A stretch of 64,000 nt of DNA. Source: Antedon mediterranea. Taxonomy: Eukaryota > Animalia > Echinodermata. Below, piece after piece: positions 45,862 to 60,899 of the stretch. The position numbers were made by a program, and so were the translations under genes. The notes under the pieces were generated by a model, which saw only the letters and a program-made list of their open reading frames with translations, made no database searches and was not told the DNA's origin. The stretch's first letter is position 1; each line of letters begins with the position of its first letter. The stretch spans positions 9,672,001 to 9,736,000 of the forward strand of contig NC_092672.1 in assembly GCF_964355755.1 (NCBI RefSeq), in the 5' to 3' direction.

Positions 45862-48800
45862 CTGAGGAAAAAATCATGAATCTCTCTTCATTTGTTTTTA
45901 CTTATTTTCCACAACTACATTTTAAATATGAAAATATAATAAAATAAAATAAATGCCAATTCCAGTAAGAAGACGATAACAAAAAAACAAAAAAAAATGA
46001 AAAACAAACAACAATCAACAAGAGATGTACATACCGAATTGCTGGTTAATTATTCGTTTACAAGCTTCTAGTTCTTTATTCATTATATGTACACTTTCTA
46101 ATATTTGTTTTAGTTGTTCTATCTGGAATAAAAACAAAATAAAAATATTACAATGCATGAAAATAAGCGAAGAATGGAGAACCAGAAAATGTTACGGATA
46201 TAGAGAAAATGTTGTTGAACCTTAAGGATATTTTAAGCACTTAACAGACAATTTACTACAATGTTTAGTACAACTTGATGTAATATATATGAACAAAATA
46301 ACCGGGGTTTCAATTAGACCGATCCCTGGTTAGCGACGAGGGTCTATCCCGTTATATCGGTTTGGGGGTTTTTTTTGGCATCATGTTGGAATCCCTTTTA
46401 TCGTATTAGTTTATGTACAGCGCTTAGAGGTTTCACAATATTAGGCGCTATATAAATCCAGGATATTATTATTATACCGTATACTTATTAATCTATAGTT
46501 ATCTGCATTATTCAGGTATTTTAATTTGTTGGTAACTAACAAAAACAAAACTTCGAATACAACTTACGGTTACATAGTCATCAGGTAATTTTGCCGGAAT
46601 ACCAGGTGGGCCAGGAGGTCCCTGTGGTCCTATCAGACCCTGTGCACCAGTCGGTCCTACAATGTAAACCAAAATATCAATTACCCTACCATTATTAAGA
46701 ATGTGCTAATATTTTATTTATTATTGGTTTGCTTTCTTATCTTATATTATTACATTTGTATATTTGTGTTGCGTCTCTGTGGGAATCAAGCATTAATCTC
46801 AACTCTCACCATTTATTTCACGTACCTTTTGGACCTGGCATTCCTGCGGGCCCAGGTTGTCCAACTTTTCCTATTGGCCCGGGTTTTCCCGGAGCACCAC
46901 GCTCTCCCTCATCTCCTTTATCTCCTTTGGAACCTTTCAGTCCCTCGGTGCCCGGTGGTCCTACTTTACCTTTAGTTCCAGGAGGGCCTTTTGGACCAAC
47001 TATAAGAGCACCACCTTGCGATGCTTGTAGGTCCGATGTATATGAGATCTGCAATTGTAATATAATATGTTATTGGTTCGATAGCTTGTATACAATGTAT
47101 GGTATAAACAATAGTGTTGATATTGATTAAAAAAGGTCATTATGAGGTACTCACGTATTTGTTGCTACCATCAACCTTCGAGTGAGTGATATCTTTTCGG
47201 TGTTCTAGTTGCTTAACTTTTATCTTTAACGCTTCTATTTCAGAACAATTAAAACAAACTGAAAGACAGAAGACATTGGAATTATAAATTGCTATAACAT
47301 TATTTTTTGTTTGTTGTTTTGTTTACATGTTCGACAAAATGTGTCCTCTTAGTTGTATAACATTATTTTCCGTTGTATGCCATCTTTAACAACATATAGC
47401 GCCCCCACTATTTCTGTAAAAACAAAGGAAAAAACAAACTTTAGGCCTACTAACTTTTGTCACATTTTTGACCTGAAAACCCCGGACAGCACTGTCTTTC
47501 AACCGTGTCGACTGGCTTGTATGCCGTTATGTATCGAGGACGGAAGACTATCCTAGAAAACAAAAGATCAAAAACGTGGTCATTATTCATAACATTTGTC
47601 TTTTTTGAAATATATTAAGCAATTAGTTCAAACAGGATGTAAACCGATTTAGACGAAGATTAGTCGTATTTGAGATAAAATCTAATTTTTCCTTAGGATA
47701 TCTTTAAGATACGATCGACTTTGTAGAAAAACAATAATTATTGCACTGGGGATCTCACTATAATTCTTTGTACAATTACAGATAATAATATTGGGTGGGA
47801 AAATCTGAGAATCACCCTTTCTACTGAAACAAAGCATTTAATGGTCTTTCAAGGTTTTATATAAAATGGAGGAAACACATTCGTATTCTGTGGCAGACAA
47901 AAATAAAATGAGAAATAAAACGGTATTTTAAAAAAATTCCTCGTTATATTGACCGATTTGCAGTTATATAATTAGGCCTATTGAATAAATCTTAAGGCAT
48001 CTTATATTCGTATTTATATAGGTGTATTCTTCCTTTTTATTCAATAGGACCTAATTAATTAAAATATGAAACGAAATGTTAATAAATATATAAATGTATA
48101 GTTGCATAGACTTACACATGGAAAAGTGATCCCTTCTTACACAAACTACTTTAAAATCGATATGATTAAAAAAAAGAGCCAACAATACATAAAATATTTC
48201 TCACATTTTGAGGATTTTGAGTGACAGTTTCAACAATTTTTTAACCTCTCGTCAACGTTAATAATATTTGACGAGTACTCACAATGCTAACACCTGACAA
48301 TTTCCTATGGCAGGGGGGCTTGAGCACGCATTCCGGTGGTTGTATGGCCGCCAGCCTAACCAGTTAAACTTGTTGGTTTTCTTAATAGCTCGCATGTGGA
48401 GTGGGGGACTTAGGTGACTTCCGATACCATTCACGTTCCTAAATGTGATAGTTGTTCTTACTGCCCAACGGTGAGTTCATCTAGTTCTCGATACTTCGCG
48501 GTTAGTAAAAAAAAAAATAACGACCGCTGGGGACAAGAATGGTTAGGAGGGCAAATGGGAAGGGCTGACATACCTCCGCCCTAAGCATTATCGATGCGTC
48601 AAAATTAATTACTGAGATGTCAACTCAAGATTCATAAAACTCTTATTATACAATGAAATAGAATCGCGAAACATGGGCCCACTTTATTTGAAGAGGAAGG
48701 TGATAGTACTTCTGTTTATTTACCATTACTCCTCATTACTGATCTGAATAAAGGTGATGTTTTAATATGATAAACTAATAACTTTAAAATATCTCCCGTC

Positions 48801-51800
48801 ACGTACAGTTGCGTTTAAGTTTGTTTTCATTTAATTATAAATACATATATAATTATGTGTCCTACTTTCAACAAATCACCATGTAAAATAAATAGTTTAC
48901 ATACAATTATTAATAGAACATTATGACAAAAAATATTGGTATTGGTAACGATTGTATTTATTCAGTTGTCAGCAATAGTAGTTATACATACCGATTCAAT
49001 AATGTATAGCTATTTATAGAAAATGAATTATGTATTATATTATTATAGCCGCTCATTAACATGAGGCCTGCTGTAAGTTCTTTTGAACTTTGGGATAGAC
49101 TATCAATATATCAAACAGCCTATTAATTTTAAATTACCGAGAAATCTTATTTTTTTGTTAGTTTTGGCAGACTACTTGGGTAGGCATCTAACCTTCGCCA
49201 AAAGTAAACACAATGTTTTATAAAAACATGTTATTGTATGGTTTACATTTTAAATACATTATAAATAGTTTGCTTCCAATTATTATGTTTATTGACAGTA
49301 AAAGGACAGATGCGGACCTTGTTATCGCATTATCGTAAATGGTCGGATAAAGAGAAGAAGACGGTGTGATTTCATATCCTCTTAAATTACATGAAGAATG
49401 TATTTTCACAATTAATCAGCAATCTTGTTATTAATAAATTGAGTCCTAACGGGTAAATTCCAGGGGAAAAAATCTAAAAATATAATAAAAATTATACTTG
49501 AAAAAATCAATCTATAGCTATCTAGGATGTGTAATTTCACCTCATACATTATTACAAAGGTGTCTTTGCTTGAAAACATGTTAACGTTCACATTTATCTA
49601 AAAAACACATACTGATGCATGGAAAATGTTAGATTAAGATGACGTACTTACCTATATTGTTCTGGAAAGCAACTTGGGTTTGGTATGTGATTTAAGTTGT
49701 TTCTAACTTGTTGGTAGCTGCACCATAACGGATATCTTTCCCTAGACCGCGTCGTTCCATTTCTCACTTTACAACTAACCATTTTCGTAACTTTAAATTC
49801 ACAAAAGTTGCTCCCTCTGCAATAAACAGAAAAAAATAATATATATTATGTGATGTATATTTTTATATAACTTTTGTCTATTTTTTAAATGCTTTAACTT
49901 TTTATATATGTAAAATACTAAAAATAAGAAAAACAAAAAAAACTTTAAGCTGCAGAGATAGTTTTATACTGAAACAAAATTGATATAGATTATTGTAACA
50001 AATGTAAAGAATGAAATAAAAGTGAGTGAATATCACAAAAGACAAAAAAAAAATATTTATCCTACAGAAAATCGATATATCGGTGACGTCACAGATGCTT
50101 ATTAAAATCTCGAGTTATCTTTATCTTCAATTTGTGCTGACATATAAAATAGAACGCCCTCTGCATTACATTACAGTCGATAACAATATCTTCCATCCTT
50201 TCCATATTATCAATCAATCAATCAATTATTCAATCAATCAATCAATCTTCCCATTTGTATACCGCCATTCCAACCAAACATCTTAATTTTATTTTAATCA
50301 TTTAATACAGCTAGTATTATTATTGGTATAAAATACTTATAAGATCTGACGTTGATGTTCGCTCAGCAATTTAATAGGCCTTAAAATATTTTACCTCCAC
50401 CAATTGTATATACTATTGAATTACTGGGATGTATAATGACCACTACACTATCTGTTTGATATTGTGTAATCAACACGTTAACAAATTGACTGATTGTTAC
50501 CAAAGCGTTTACGGTATATCTATAAAACACAGAAGTACCACATAAAATACAAACACTCATTCCATTGCCTACAGTATAAATACAAGCCAGTTTCAATAAT
50601 CAAACGTGGTTTAATTTTTCATGCAGTGCAAGGTATAAATCGCAAAGTTTATTTGAACACAGTGTGTAAAATCGTGTGTGGTTTACCTGACGGCAGCTTA
50701 AACTGGTCAAGATTGTCCTCAGCCGACAGCTTAATACCAACACGTTGACAATATTTGCCTGTAGTAGCAGATCAGAGGGCTTAACTTGTATACCCCATGT
50801 CATGTTAGTAAACAATATTTTAGAAAAGTCTAGCCTATACGTTACGGTACTGTGCAGCAGTAGGCCTACATTCACAAATAGGTCTACCTTAGGATTGGAT
50901 TCTTCAAGAAGACACTAAAGCTCTGTCTGCACGATGATGTCATATTACTACCATATTTGGGCACATACTGATAGTGTAGACAGAGCTTTAGTCTAATTTA
51001 ACTATTACCAATCAGTATTAATGGCTTAAAACATTCGATTTATTAATTTAAATTGATGCATGAAACTTTATTTTGTTTTATATGTTTGCTTGTCCCGTTA
51101 GTAAATCCTCAAAATGAATTACGGTAGTCATCCTCATCAGTATCAATTTATGACCCTATTCTGTAATTATGCGAATAGAAAAACAAGCCCGTTAGATAAT
51201 CACGTTGTCATTTTGTTTTCCCATGGACCTAACTTATTTCTCCATGGTTTTCCAAAAAAAAGATACCACTTAAACAATGTCGAAGTCTAAATATTTATGC
51301 TGAAAGTGATGAGAGACAGAAGAGCTGCTCCGAAATGAACCCCCTATTTGTGAATAATGACATATTTTAACCTTTTAACTGATCATTCGTGAGAAAGTTT
51401 GTTTAAAATAAAAATTGCTGCAAGGATAAGTAGAACACAGCGTACGTGATGTTCATGAACTTGTCGCAGTTTAACTAAATAGCTTTTATCCGACAGACAA
51501 TCAGGTTTTGCTTGCAGCAAACCTAAGCTGATTTTACATATGTTAAATCTTTGTCTGATGTTGAATTAGGATAAAATAATCATTATTTTTATCTTTAAAT
51601 TGGAGTCTTTCATTTAGGTTTATAAGGGATATTTGAAGACCGATGCAAACCAAGAAAATAAACAACATTTTCAAGAATGAAACAAAGCGGGAAAAGATTA
51701 GAAGTATCTACAACCGACGAAGTCGCGCATCCATCATTATTATTTTTATGCAAAAAATGAAAAATTACAGATGCTATAATTTATGCTAATATTATTTTGT

Positions 51801-54800
51801 ACACTACCCTATAAAGACCTTTATAAACAACATATAACATAATATACGGTAAGCTGCTGAACCAATTGGAAATCATTGACTTAGAAATATTTTGTATTCG
51901 ATTCCCAAATTAATTTTATGTTGCACAAACAAAAATAATCAGTAGGTAATTTATTTTTCGACTAGTTCTTAGTACTCATATCAGAAATATAGACCTACTG
52001 TTTTTACTATATCCACAATTTTGTTTCTGAAACAGCAGTCTCACCTTTCTTCTGGATCACTAATCATTACAGATCTAATAAAATGGTAAAACTGTTATGT
52101 TTACAAAAACAGTAGTTTCAATTTCTAACCAAATAACACATGTACATGAAAAGTAAGTTATTTCTATATACGCATAACCCATTGATCAAAATAATACGTT
52201 ACCTTTTCTAAATCCATGCTCTATTAATCAACCGTTTAAATCTTTTAGAATACGATTTAAATCCTGTAAATGTACACAAAATGAAGTTCAACACGAAGCC
52301 AGGAACTGAAGGAATGTTGTAATAGAAAACCCAGGTAAATGGATTTATCTGGATTAGGTTAGGATCTAAATAGACTTATGATATATTCGGGCCTTGATTA
52401 ATAAATATATGTGAATCCATGGGCTAAGCTCATTATAAATGAATTTAAAACACATACTGTATTTAAAAATTATTCTTTATAAGTGCCGCTAACTTCCTAT
52501 TTGGATCAGATTGTTTTCTCTTGAAAATGTCATTCTAAAAGTTTAAAACGTTCGAAATATCATTAAAAGAGAATAGCTCATATATCATCTATGTAATTGA
52601 AGTGAATGTGAAGCAAACATTTCAATTTTGATAAGATTTTTTTCCTGATATTTTAAAATCTAAAAGTTACCATACCGTACCATACAAAATGATTGCATTT
52701 TTTGTTCGATTTAGGTCTTGTATGGTATCGAAATAAATCAAATTAAATATAGAATAGTATATTACAACATTAGACTTGCCCCAAGTCTGTATTGTTTTTT
52801 TTTTTATTTATTTGTTTTTATTTCGACCGCGATTTTTGTCTGAAAAAAACTCAAGTAATACACGTATGAAACGCCATATGTGCAAAAATATTTATGTCTT
52901 TACTAATATTAAGAAAAAACTCCATCTGGAGCCCAGACTAATACAACATCTTTGCAGTTAAATGGCCTGTACATTCTGAAACTCTATTCGATAACACATT
53001 CTTCTATAAAAAAAATTCTAGCATCAGCACCAGGCACATGCTCTGTTTTTAATATACTGTATATTATTTGAATCTCAATATTCCCCTCTTGTTATGTCCT
53101 TGTTTGATTGATTATTTTGTCAGATCTATTCACAATCTTTAAACATATCACATCGAAATTAGGCCAACGATACACAATTTAGACAGAAAATAACATTTTC
53201 AATGAATTCGTATTGAACTTTTTTTTTTATATAATTACATAGGCCTATACCAAAACTGAATCATTTTCCAAAATTGAGTCATGTGTGTTGTGGACAAAAA
53301 GGACCTTTATAGAAAATAAGATAGGCCTAAACGTAATAAAACATTATTTGATATAGTGTATGTAACTATGATGTCATGCTATTTCTGACTTTGGTGATTG
53401 GTTAAAACGTGATACCCTGGTAAAATCTTGTGTTCTCTTGGGAAGTCCCTTATATTATTTGTGACGAGTAATAATGGCACTCTGATAGATTTGAACATTT
53501 GATTTGTTTTACTTCCAATGGAGAAGCATCCTGTAGGCCTATGACACTGGTTAATTTAAGTCTGACTAATGCTTCTTGGAAGCCACTAGCATTCGTGTTT
53601 TTGCTATAAAGACATGTGCATTTCATTCATTCAATCTTATATTTCGGAATATCTGGTCCATAGAAAGTAAAAATACGTATTAACAATACAATAACCTGTA
53701 CTGACCAATATTATAAGACGACGCGCTCTCATCTCATGATGGCATTTCACATGGAGAGCATCTTTGACTTCTAAGACGTCGTCCAAAATCAGTTTTATAA
53801 AAAAACAAGAAAAGGTGCAGGCCTATTAAATAAGAGATTGAAGATGAGAAAATAAACTACGCAGACTATTGAATCAAAAATCCATTCTGAGCATGCTCAG
53901 AAACATTTGGCCATGAGTAAAATGACTGCGATAGCTGCGTGACGGTCTAGTTACGCGCCGAGAAAACGAAATACCGCTAATTATACCCATGATGTTCTGC
54001 TGAATGAATGTGAGAAACGTTCATTTCTCTTCTTTGATGAAGATCAATGTTCACCTCCAAAGAATAAAAAATATGTCTATTACCAGGGCCTAAGGAACAA
54101 CAAGCGACAGGGTGATGGGTCACCATGACGTCATTATGGGAAGTCGCTCAAAGATCCGTAGATAAAGATGGATTTGCAGATTTGCAATAAAATGCAATTC
54201 TTTTGGGACAACACATGGTAGCACTTGCGCTAAGTACCAGTATACTTTTGGTATTATATTTTCTCAGAGGTTTAGTTGCTTGCTTTAACTGGATAAATAT
54301 TATTGGACCAAGAAAGATTTAACCTCGATGAACTGAGCAATTTATACAAAAGTGCCATATTCTGTGATGATCGAATAAACCTCTACGAACTGAATAATAC
54401 ACTAATCAAAGAAGTACCATGTCACATGTATATACCTTGGTGAACTGAATAACATACATCGACGAATTGAGTATCATACCAACTCAACAAATGTACCATT
54501 ATGATTGAATGGATAAGTTATAAACGAGTGCACCCCATTTCTTTCATATCTACCTCCAATATTTTGATTGCTGAAAATACGGTACAAATTAACGACACTG
54601 TTTCCAACAATCGAACAATATACCGTATACCATGTCACCTAAATTGATCAAAGTTTTACAAATCCCCCCAAACTTGGAATCATTATACATAAATTGAAAA
54701 AGCATGCTTCTCTTGGTGTTTCCGTAAAGTATAGGGCTTAAATCAGAATTTTCCCAGGTGCGGATCTGTTAAGTAGGCCTATACATGTGCATAATACAGA

Positions 54801-57800
54801 AATTATCGTTTGCTTTATTGTCCAATTAGTTTACTATCAGGGTAAAGTAATGTATCAGAGTTTGCATTTATACAGCATCTTCACAATCTGTTATTAAGAT
54901 CCGTCAAGGTGTACAGTTATAGGCCTAATATCTATTCATTTTTTTTAGTTTAATAACCTCAATTGGATGTAATAATTGAATCATAGCTTAAAATAGAGTA
55001 TGTTTACTTGTTGGTAATAATGGCAGAATGACATTGTTCGCACGTGCTGACTGGGTATTCATTTATAGCAAAGATGGTACTTAAAATGTTAAATAAACCA
55101 TCAATCTCCGTCTTAATCTTTATCTTGTTTTCGTGTACAATATGATAAATAGGCTAGAAAAATTCCAAATGGTTCGTTGAACCGTGTCTGCTGTATACTC
55201 TACCGTAATTATCGCTTAAAAAAAATGAAATATTTCCGGGAGAGACTGAGCGTTCATTCGTGTGGAAAAAGGAAAGAATTGGCGGTAAATTTAATGTTAT
55301 TATTACGACTAATTAACCTTAATAGGTTGTATAATTTATTTATATTCAACCCAATGACATCCTTATTGTTTTAATTCGTTCTAGTTTCAAACGCCAATCA
55401 TTCATGTTAGGCCTACTTAACTATATCTAATTACTGACATGGATGGTTGTATGGTGCTGATCGATAGAATTTGAGTTAGGCCTACATTTTATTATAGGCA
55501 ATATCGCCTAATGATTAACTACCAAGAACCGGCTAAGCCTAATATGGGTTAGCATAAATTGATGTATGTATATCTCTGTGGCTGAAGAAAACTGCTTTCT
55601 TGCATAGTGTGAGACGTTTTTACGTTGCGTTTTGCGCGATGGAAAAGAAAAATGTTTTCTTCCATAAACAGATACATTGCTGATGAGCTATTATTACATT
55701 ATTTCATCATATGCTTTAAGTGTACATGTGATAGTTTGTATGTCTGATTAAGTTCCACCACGATGCAGTTCATCGAAAAGTTATCTAACGATGACCCCTA
55801 TTCACATCGATGCCAACCGATCATAAATAACACCACATTATCTATCGACTAAATCATATCGTAAACGGTACATGATGTAGGTATGATACAGAACTCTATA
55901 AATTATGGATATAACCGCCAACATAATTTGATTAATGTAGCATTTACACCTAAATGATTTCGATCGACATTTCCCTTATATTTTGTGTTGTTGATGGTTA
56001 GATATGGCATTGAACACAGTGCTATTTTATCCTTTATATTATAGGATGATACGGCAGGCACAATTGCCTAGAGGTCCCACGAGATGGTACACGGGTTATC
56101 GCGGGTTGGTTCTTATTAACTTCCCTGTTCTTATGGGATTCAGGCTCTCAATAAATCAGAGAATACAAGTTAAAGGTGTGACATACCAGCGGCATGTTGT
56201 AGTAGGGTACCGGTAGGCCTAAGGATATTATGTATCGTGGTTTATGGTAGCCGATAATTAGGCATATTCCACGCAAATGTTGGCCCCATGTATAACCAAC
56301 CGATTATCGTACGGTCATGTCGTCCCCATTACTGTCACAATACACTTGACATTACCAACCCACAACAAAAAATATGACATTGCATTTACCTTGCCTTAAA
56401 AAAAATCCCAAGATTTTACATAGGCCTGCCGCTGTATTTTTGTCTAAATAAATGTATTGAATATTTGTCTTGGTCCATGTTGGTGATGACCTTTATACAC
56501 CATTAATTTTATAACAACTCTCTTTAAAAAAAGAGCTATTTTAGGCCTACAGTATATAATTTTAAACATGTACTTACAGTGCCTGTCACCAAATTAATGA
56601 TGATAGTATATCATTAATAATGAAAAGAAAACGAAAGTATATTATTATTAAAACTAATGACACATCACTTTTAAAATAAATAACATATTATTTTTAATTT
56701 TCTCAAACTTCATCAAACACAGTGTCGTTTAAAGTTAAATCAGAACGCTCAGTTTTGTGTCAGACGCACGGCAATGACATTGGACAGACAACATAGATAA
56801 TTAATAGCTCATGTTTAATCATCAACTAATTTAAATTACATTAAGTTTCACTGATCTTGTGTTGGGAATGTCAGACTTTAATGATAGTAGAGATGATGTA
56901 GTATGGATTATGCTAAAAAAAGTCGGTTATAATCCACTTGATGTTACGAATTTCGACAGCTCTTTAATTGAATAAACTCTGATTTAATTAGGAAGATTAA
57001 TTCACGGCCACGCGTTCACCATCCGTCGTTCTCGCTTCATATTATACAACAGTCATGTCTATCGATATGGTACGTAAACGTTTCACTAAACGAAAGGTGA
57101 TGACCTATTCCGTTTACGCTGGATGCGTAAAAAAAGCGTAAAAAAACCCAGCATAGAGTTTGGTGCCTGTGATAGCACTGAAATTTAATATCACGTCGTG
57201 CATAAGGCAAGCGTATGACGGACACACGTCAAGATCCTTTTTTTTTCAATTATAAAATGTCATAATGTAAAGTATATCTGCAATTGCGACCTCCAATTCA
57301 TAAAGCGCGTGCACGGTAGCAATATCAGTCTTAAATGTTATGTATTTTTTATACTGTAATTTAAAATCAGCATTTAAAACATTACTTGCAATACAAGCGA
57401 TAGAGAGGGGGGGGGGGGCAATAAAATGAAACAGACGTTCTGACCATTCCGAATTTCAACCGTAGTTTTTAACTAAGAAAACTGTGGGCACATATCAATT
57501 GAACGACCTATATTATTATATATATGTGATGCGTTTGACGTAATGACAACATCATTTTACATGAAATGACACTAACGTGTTTCTTTTATTGATATAAAAT
57601 GGGTTTCAAATGTATGTAAATCTAGGGTAAACATTAACAGCACGTACAGTTAATAAATTAAAATAATTCACGTGAAGGATTGACCGCATTGCTAAAATTA
57701 TTTCATAATATCTACGATAACCGATTATTTGTTTAGCCATTGTTGTATCGGTAAATAAAACCTAAGGCCTGACCTAATCAATGTTGAAATGTTTAATTGT

Positions 57801-60800
57801 CGTATTTGGTGCAAATTGTCACCCCCAATGTTAATTGTATTGAAATTCTGCAAGTGATGATGAACTTTCGTAGAATCAAGCGTTCTGGTCCCCAGAAGAG
57901 CACTTACATATGTTGCCGATGCACATAAATCTACTATGTGCTTCATAAAACTAGACATTATTCCAGAAAATTAAACCCAAGCCAAAAGATAGTCAGAGGC
58001 ATACGTCTAATGGTTCAGCAGGAATGGCAATTGTTCTGGGTGGAGGTGTGTTGCATGTGACGTAGGGTCACTCAGTCTTAAACATGTTTACCACCCAAGA
58101 TAAAGTGTTCTTATAACTCAACTGGGAAGTCAACCTTATTTTATCGAAGTATTAATCCAAAAGATCACCTATAAGCCGTTGATATTAAAAACAATCTTTC
58201 GCCTTTTTGATAGACAGCCAAAGGAATGAGAAAAATAAAGATATAGTAAGATTTGTATTGCTGGGTTGGAGGAAAGCTATCATGAGCTATATAGGTTAGT
58301 TATGCCTATTTACCATCACTTTCACTAGTTTGAAAGGGGTAGCCTACCCTCCTTGTCACGAGCTGACTCTCAACTCTACTCTAACACATTCACAACGATA
58401 ACACATTGAAAAGGTATAATGTGGTGCTTGTTCTTTTTTTATGCAATATCGATTGAATTTTAACTCCACACGTATGAGTTAATTTCATCTAAAAAAATCT
58501 ACCCATATTAGGCCTAATACTGATCATTTTGTTTGGTTTACGTCAATCACATGATTGAGGGTGCATCACTTATCTTATTTGCATAAATACCAGGTAGTAT
58601 TACTACCTTGAGATATAATATATAACTTTATTGTTTTATAAGTGATTTGTGTATTCTATTAAGTGTTGGGAAAACTGAGCGCACGCTACGTAAGTAATTG
58701 ATGGGTTTTGACAACCAGCGTGAGTCTGATACACAGGCGCTTTCGTCCATAACGTTAACCAGCAGTGTTAAATACAGTTCGGCGTGTAACTCCTATTGGC
58801 AGTGTTTAACCCCCTGGTGCAAAATAATTTCCTCCCCATCAATTTCAGGTAAGGTTATAAACTTTGAAAGATAAATATGTACATTCCTATCATGTTCTAA
58901 CTATCGGACTACTTCTTAATAAATATAGGCCTAGCTACTGGAGTTGAACATGTCCATCAAAGTCCCAACATAATTATACAGAGTAGGCTACACTTGTGGT
59001 TAATATTCCAAAATATACGTGATTCAACCAGAGACCTATTATTGTACAATATTGATTGTAATAAAATCATTACATTTGCATTTTACCAAAACGTTTAAGT
59101 AGTCCTATATGGAATAACATTTTTTATGATACGAACTTATGACTAACTATTGTTTGGTTGTAAGAATGTACTCGAACTATGACGTGTATATTAGTGTTAA
59201 ATTATTAATCTAATAAAGAGATTAAAGCCCCGTAAAAGAGCAATGAAATTGATCCAAGGTTAGGTTAATTGACAAGAGAAGTTTCCGAATACCCCCGGGA
59301 AGTTAACACAGAGCGTCGTCATTATATTCACATGAAAAGTACCGAACGTATGTCTTACGTTAATGAATTCATAAAACACTTCATGGCATTTATAAATATT
59401 TTTGGAATAAATTAAATTCATAGGCCTATTTCATAAACAAAAAATTGAAATGATAGCATTAGTAGGCCTACAGTTAAAAGTATACTAATACAATTTTTTT
59501 CATGTGCAGTACCGGAAATAATAATAACGATTTTCGAGACCTGGATGCAAACATAAATGACGTCACCACATTACTGTATGTTTATTGCAACTATCCCTCT
59601 GGAGTGAACTCTATCATTATGCAATGATTTTGTCCTAATTTTTCACTCAATTATACGTCAGTCTGAGTGGGTAACGTTGAACAATTGGTGTTTTTGTTTG
59701 TATTTTGAAACACTGTTCAATAAACGCAATGTAATTTAGATGAACTGATTATTCCTTAAACAAAGAGTTATTTAGTTAAATTATCATATTTGAATTGTGA
59801 ATTTAAAACAAAATTCAGATAGCGATTGGAATAAGTTATTGAAAACACTCATACTAATGAATGAAATTTTTCGTAGAAACTAATTGATTATCATCGATGA
59901 TGAACTTACTTCCTATTTTCTTTATTGATACGGTACTAATTATCATTTTGTTTCCCTCTTGGCTAAAATTCGGTCACCTAAATTTAAGTATCTTCAATAC
60001 ATCTCATCAATGTTTAGACATTCGGATAAAAATCGGATTATCCGGATCGTACAAAATATAAGAAAATCCATTTACAGTTAGTTTAAAGTCTGCTCTGGAA
60101 CATTTTAGCAGCAAACTATATTATCTATGATACATCAAATACATTAATATGCTTCGAATTGCACATCAGCATTAACTGTCTGTTATTGAAGGAAGAATGG
60201 TACGGTATCCCAAGTCACCTTAATGACCCGACTTCCGCAGTCTACCATTCATAATCTTTCACTGTAACAATATAACGGTTGATAATATGAAAACGAATCT
60301 GTCGTTACTTCGGTATGAAATGTGATGTGTATTATTCGTTATTTATAGAGCCTTGAGTACCATCTTTAACAAAATCGAAATACTGCACTTCTAGACCTAC
60401 TAAAACCGTACTTCACGCCAGTGCTTATTTAGGACACGCTTGTGTACATTTCCACAAGGAGCTGCTAATTAAACGCAACAACTTGGAAAAATATATAGGC
60501 CAAATAAATAGCTTCACATCATTGATATAAACATGTGTGATGAGTCCATCATTACTAAATAAATTAGCTCACTACATTCCTAAATTAAAGTTGAACGTAC
60601 AATACAAAACAACATTAAACGCCGTACTTTGTTAAAAGTAAAACAAACAAAAAACAAAACACCGTATAAAACAGACAAATGAACAAACGAACGAACGAAC
60701 CACTTTCCTAGCCTGCAACCCAAATAAATAAAGCATACGCCTATACTAAGTCAGTCAATTGAACTATCAAGTAACCCATGTTAACTTACCTTCCATAGAC

Positions 60801-60899
60801 AGGATAACCATTGTAAGCTGTAACATCTTCTGTGATGAAGATAACAAATATGAACACAACAAGAAAACTCAACCAAAGTAATGAACCAATGCACCTCAT
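45662..60899 (-). CDS. Whole gene (8 exons, ~358 aa): secreted EMI domain + coiled coil + collagen protein, EMID1/collagen XXVI-like
   Basis: Phase-compatible exons total 1077 nt. Signal peptide; 7-Cys EMI domain ([18 protein letters not shown]...RPRY...[10 protein letters not shown]); CFNCS + heptads; 26 uninterrupted Gly-X-Y; second coiled coil; acidic tail. Confidence 0.85.
46035..46122 (-). CDS. EMI-collagen gene exon 7, coiled coil
   Basis: [29 protein letters not shown]; phase 0-1. Confidence 0.8.
46302..46476 (+). mobile_element. SINE/LINE2-type 3' tail
   Basis: cagcgcttagag...gcgctatataaat...(tat)n; a similar tail is at ~19923-19982. Confidence 0.55.
46568..46656 (-). CDS. EMI-collagen gene exon 6, collagen end
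   Basis: [30 protein letters not shown]. Confidence 0.92.
46826..47048 (-). CDS. EMI-collagen gene exon 5, collagen triple helix
   Basis: 19 Gly-X-Y triplets GPKGPPGTK...GMPGPK. Confidence 0.93.
47155..47258 (-). CDS. EMI-collagen gene exon 4, CxNC + coiled coil
   Basis: [21 protein letters not shown]... Confidence 0.85.
47455..47552 (-). CDS. EMI-collagen gene exon 3, EMI C half
   Basis: [32 protein letters not shown]. Confidence 0.9.
49652..49816 (-). CDS. EMI-collagen gene exon 2, EMI N half
   Basis: [55 protein letters not shown]. Confidence 0.88.
52771..52940 (-). mobile_element. Second copy of the hairpin-ended element, inverted
   Basis: Reverse complement of 12802-12982; flanks ttacaacat/atacaacat. 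Confidence 0.8.
60790..60899 (-). CDS. EMI-collagen gene exon 1, signal peptide
   Basis: [38 protein letters not shown]|gtaag; phase 2 matches exon 2. Confidence 0.75.

Noticed and set aside
46703-47130. Plus-strand Pro/Gly-rich ORFs
   Set aside because: Antisense shadow of the collagen exon.
47349-47413. Alternative terminal exon after the EMI domain
   Set aside because: It would need a ~41-nt intron, too short compared with the other introns here.
50026-59900. Scattered 60-90 aa ORFs in the EMI gene first intron
   Set aside because: AT-biased, random-like composition, and exons 1 and 2 already join in phase without them.
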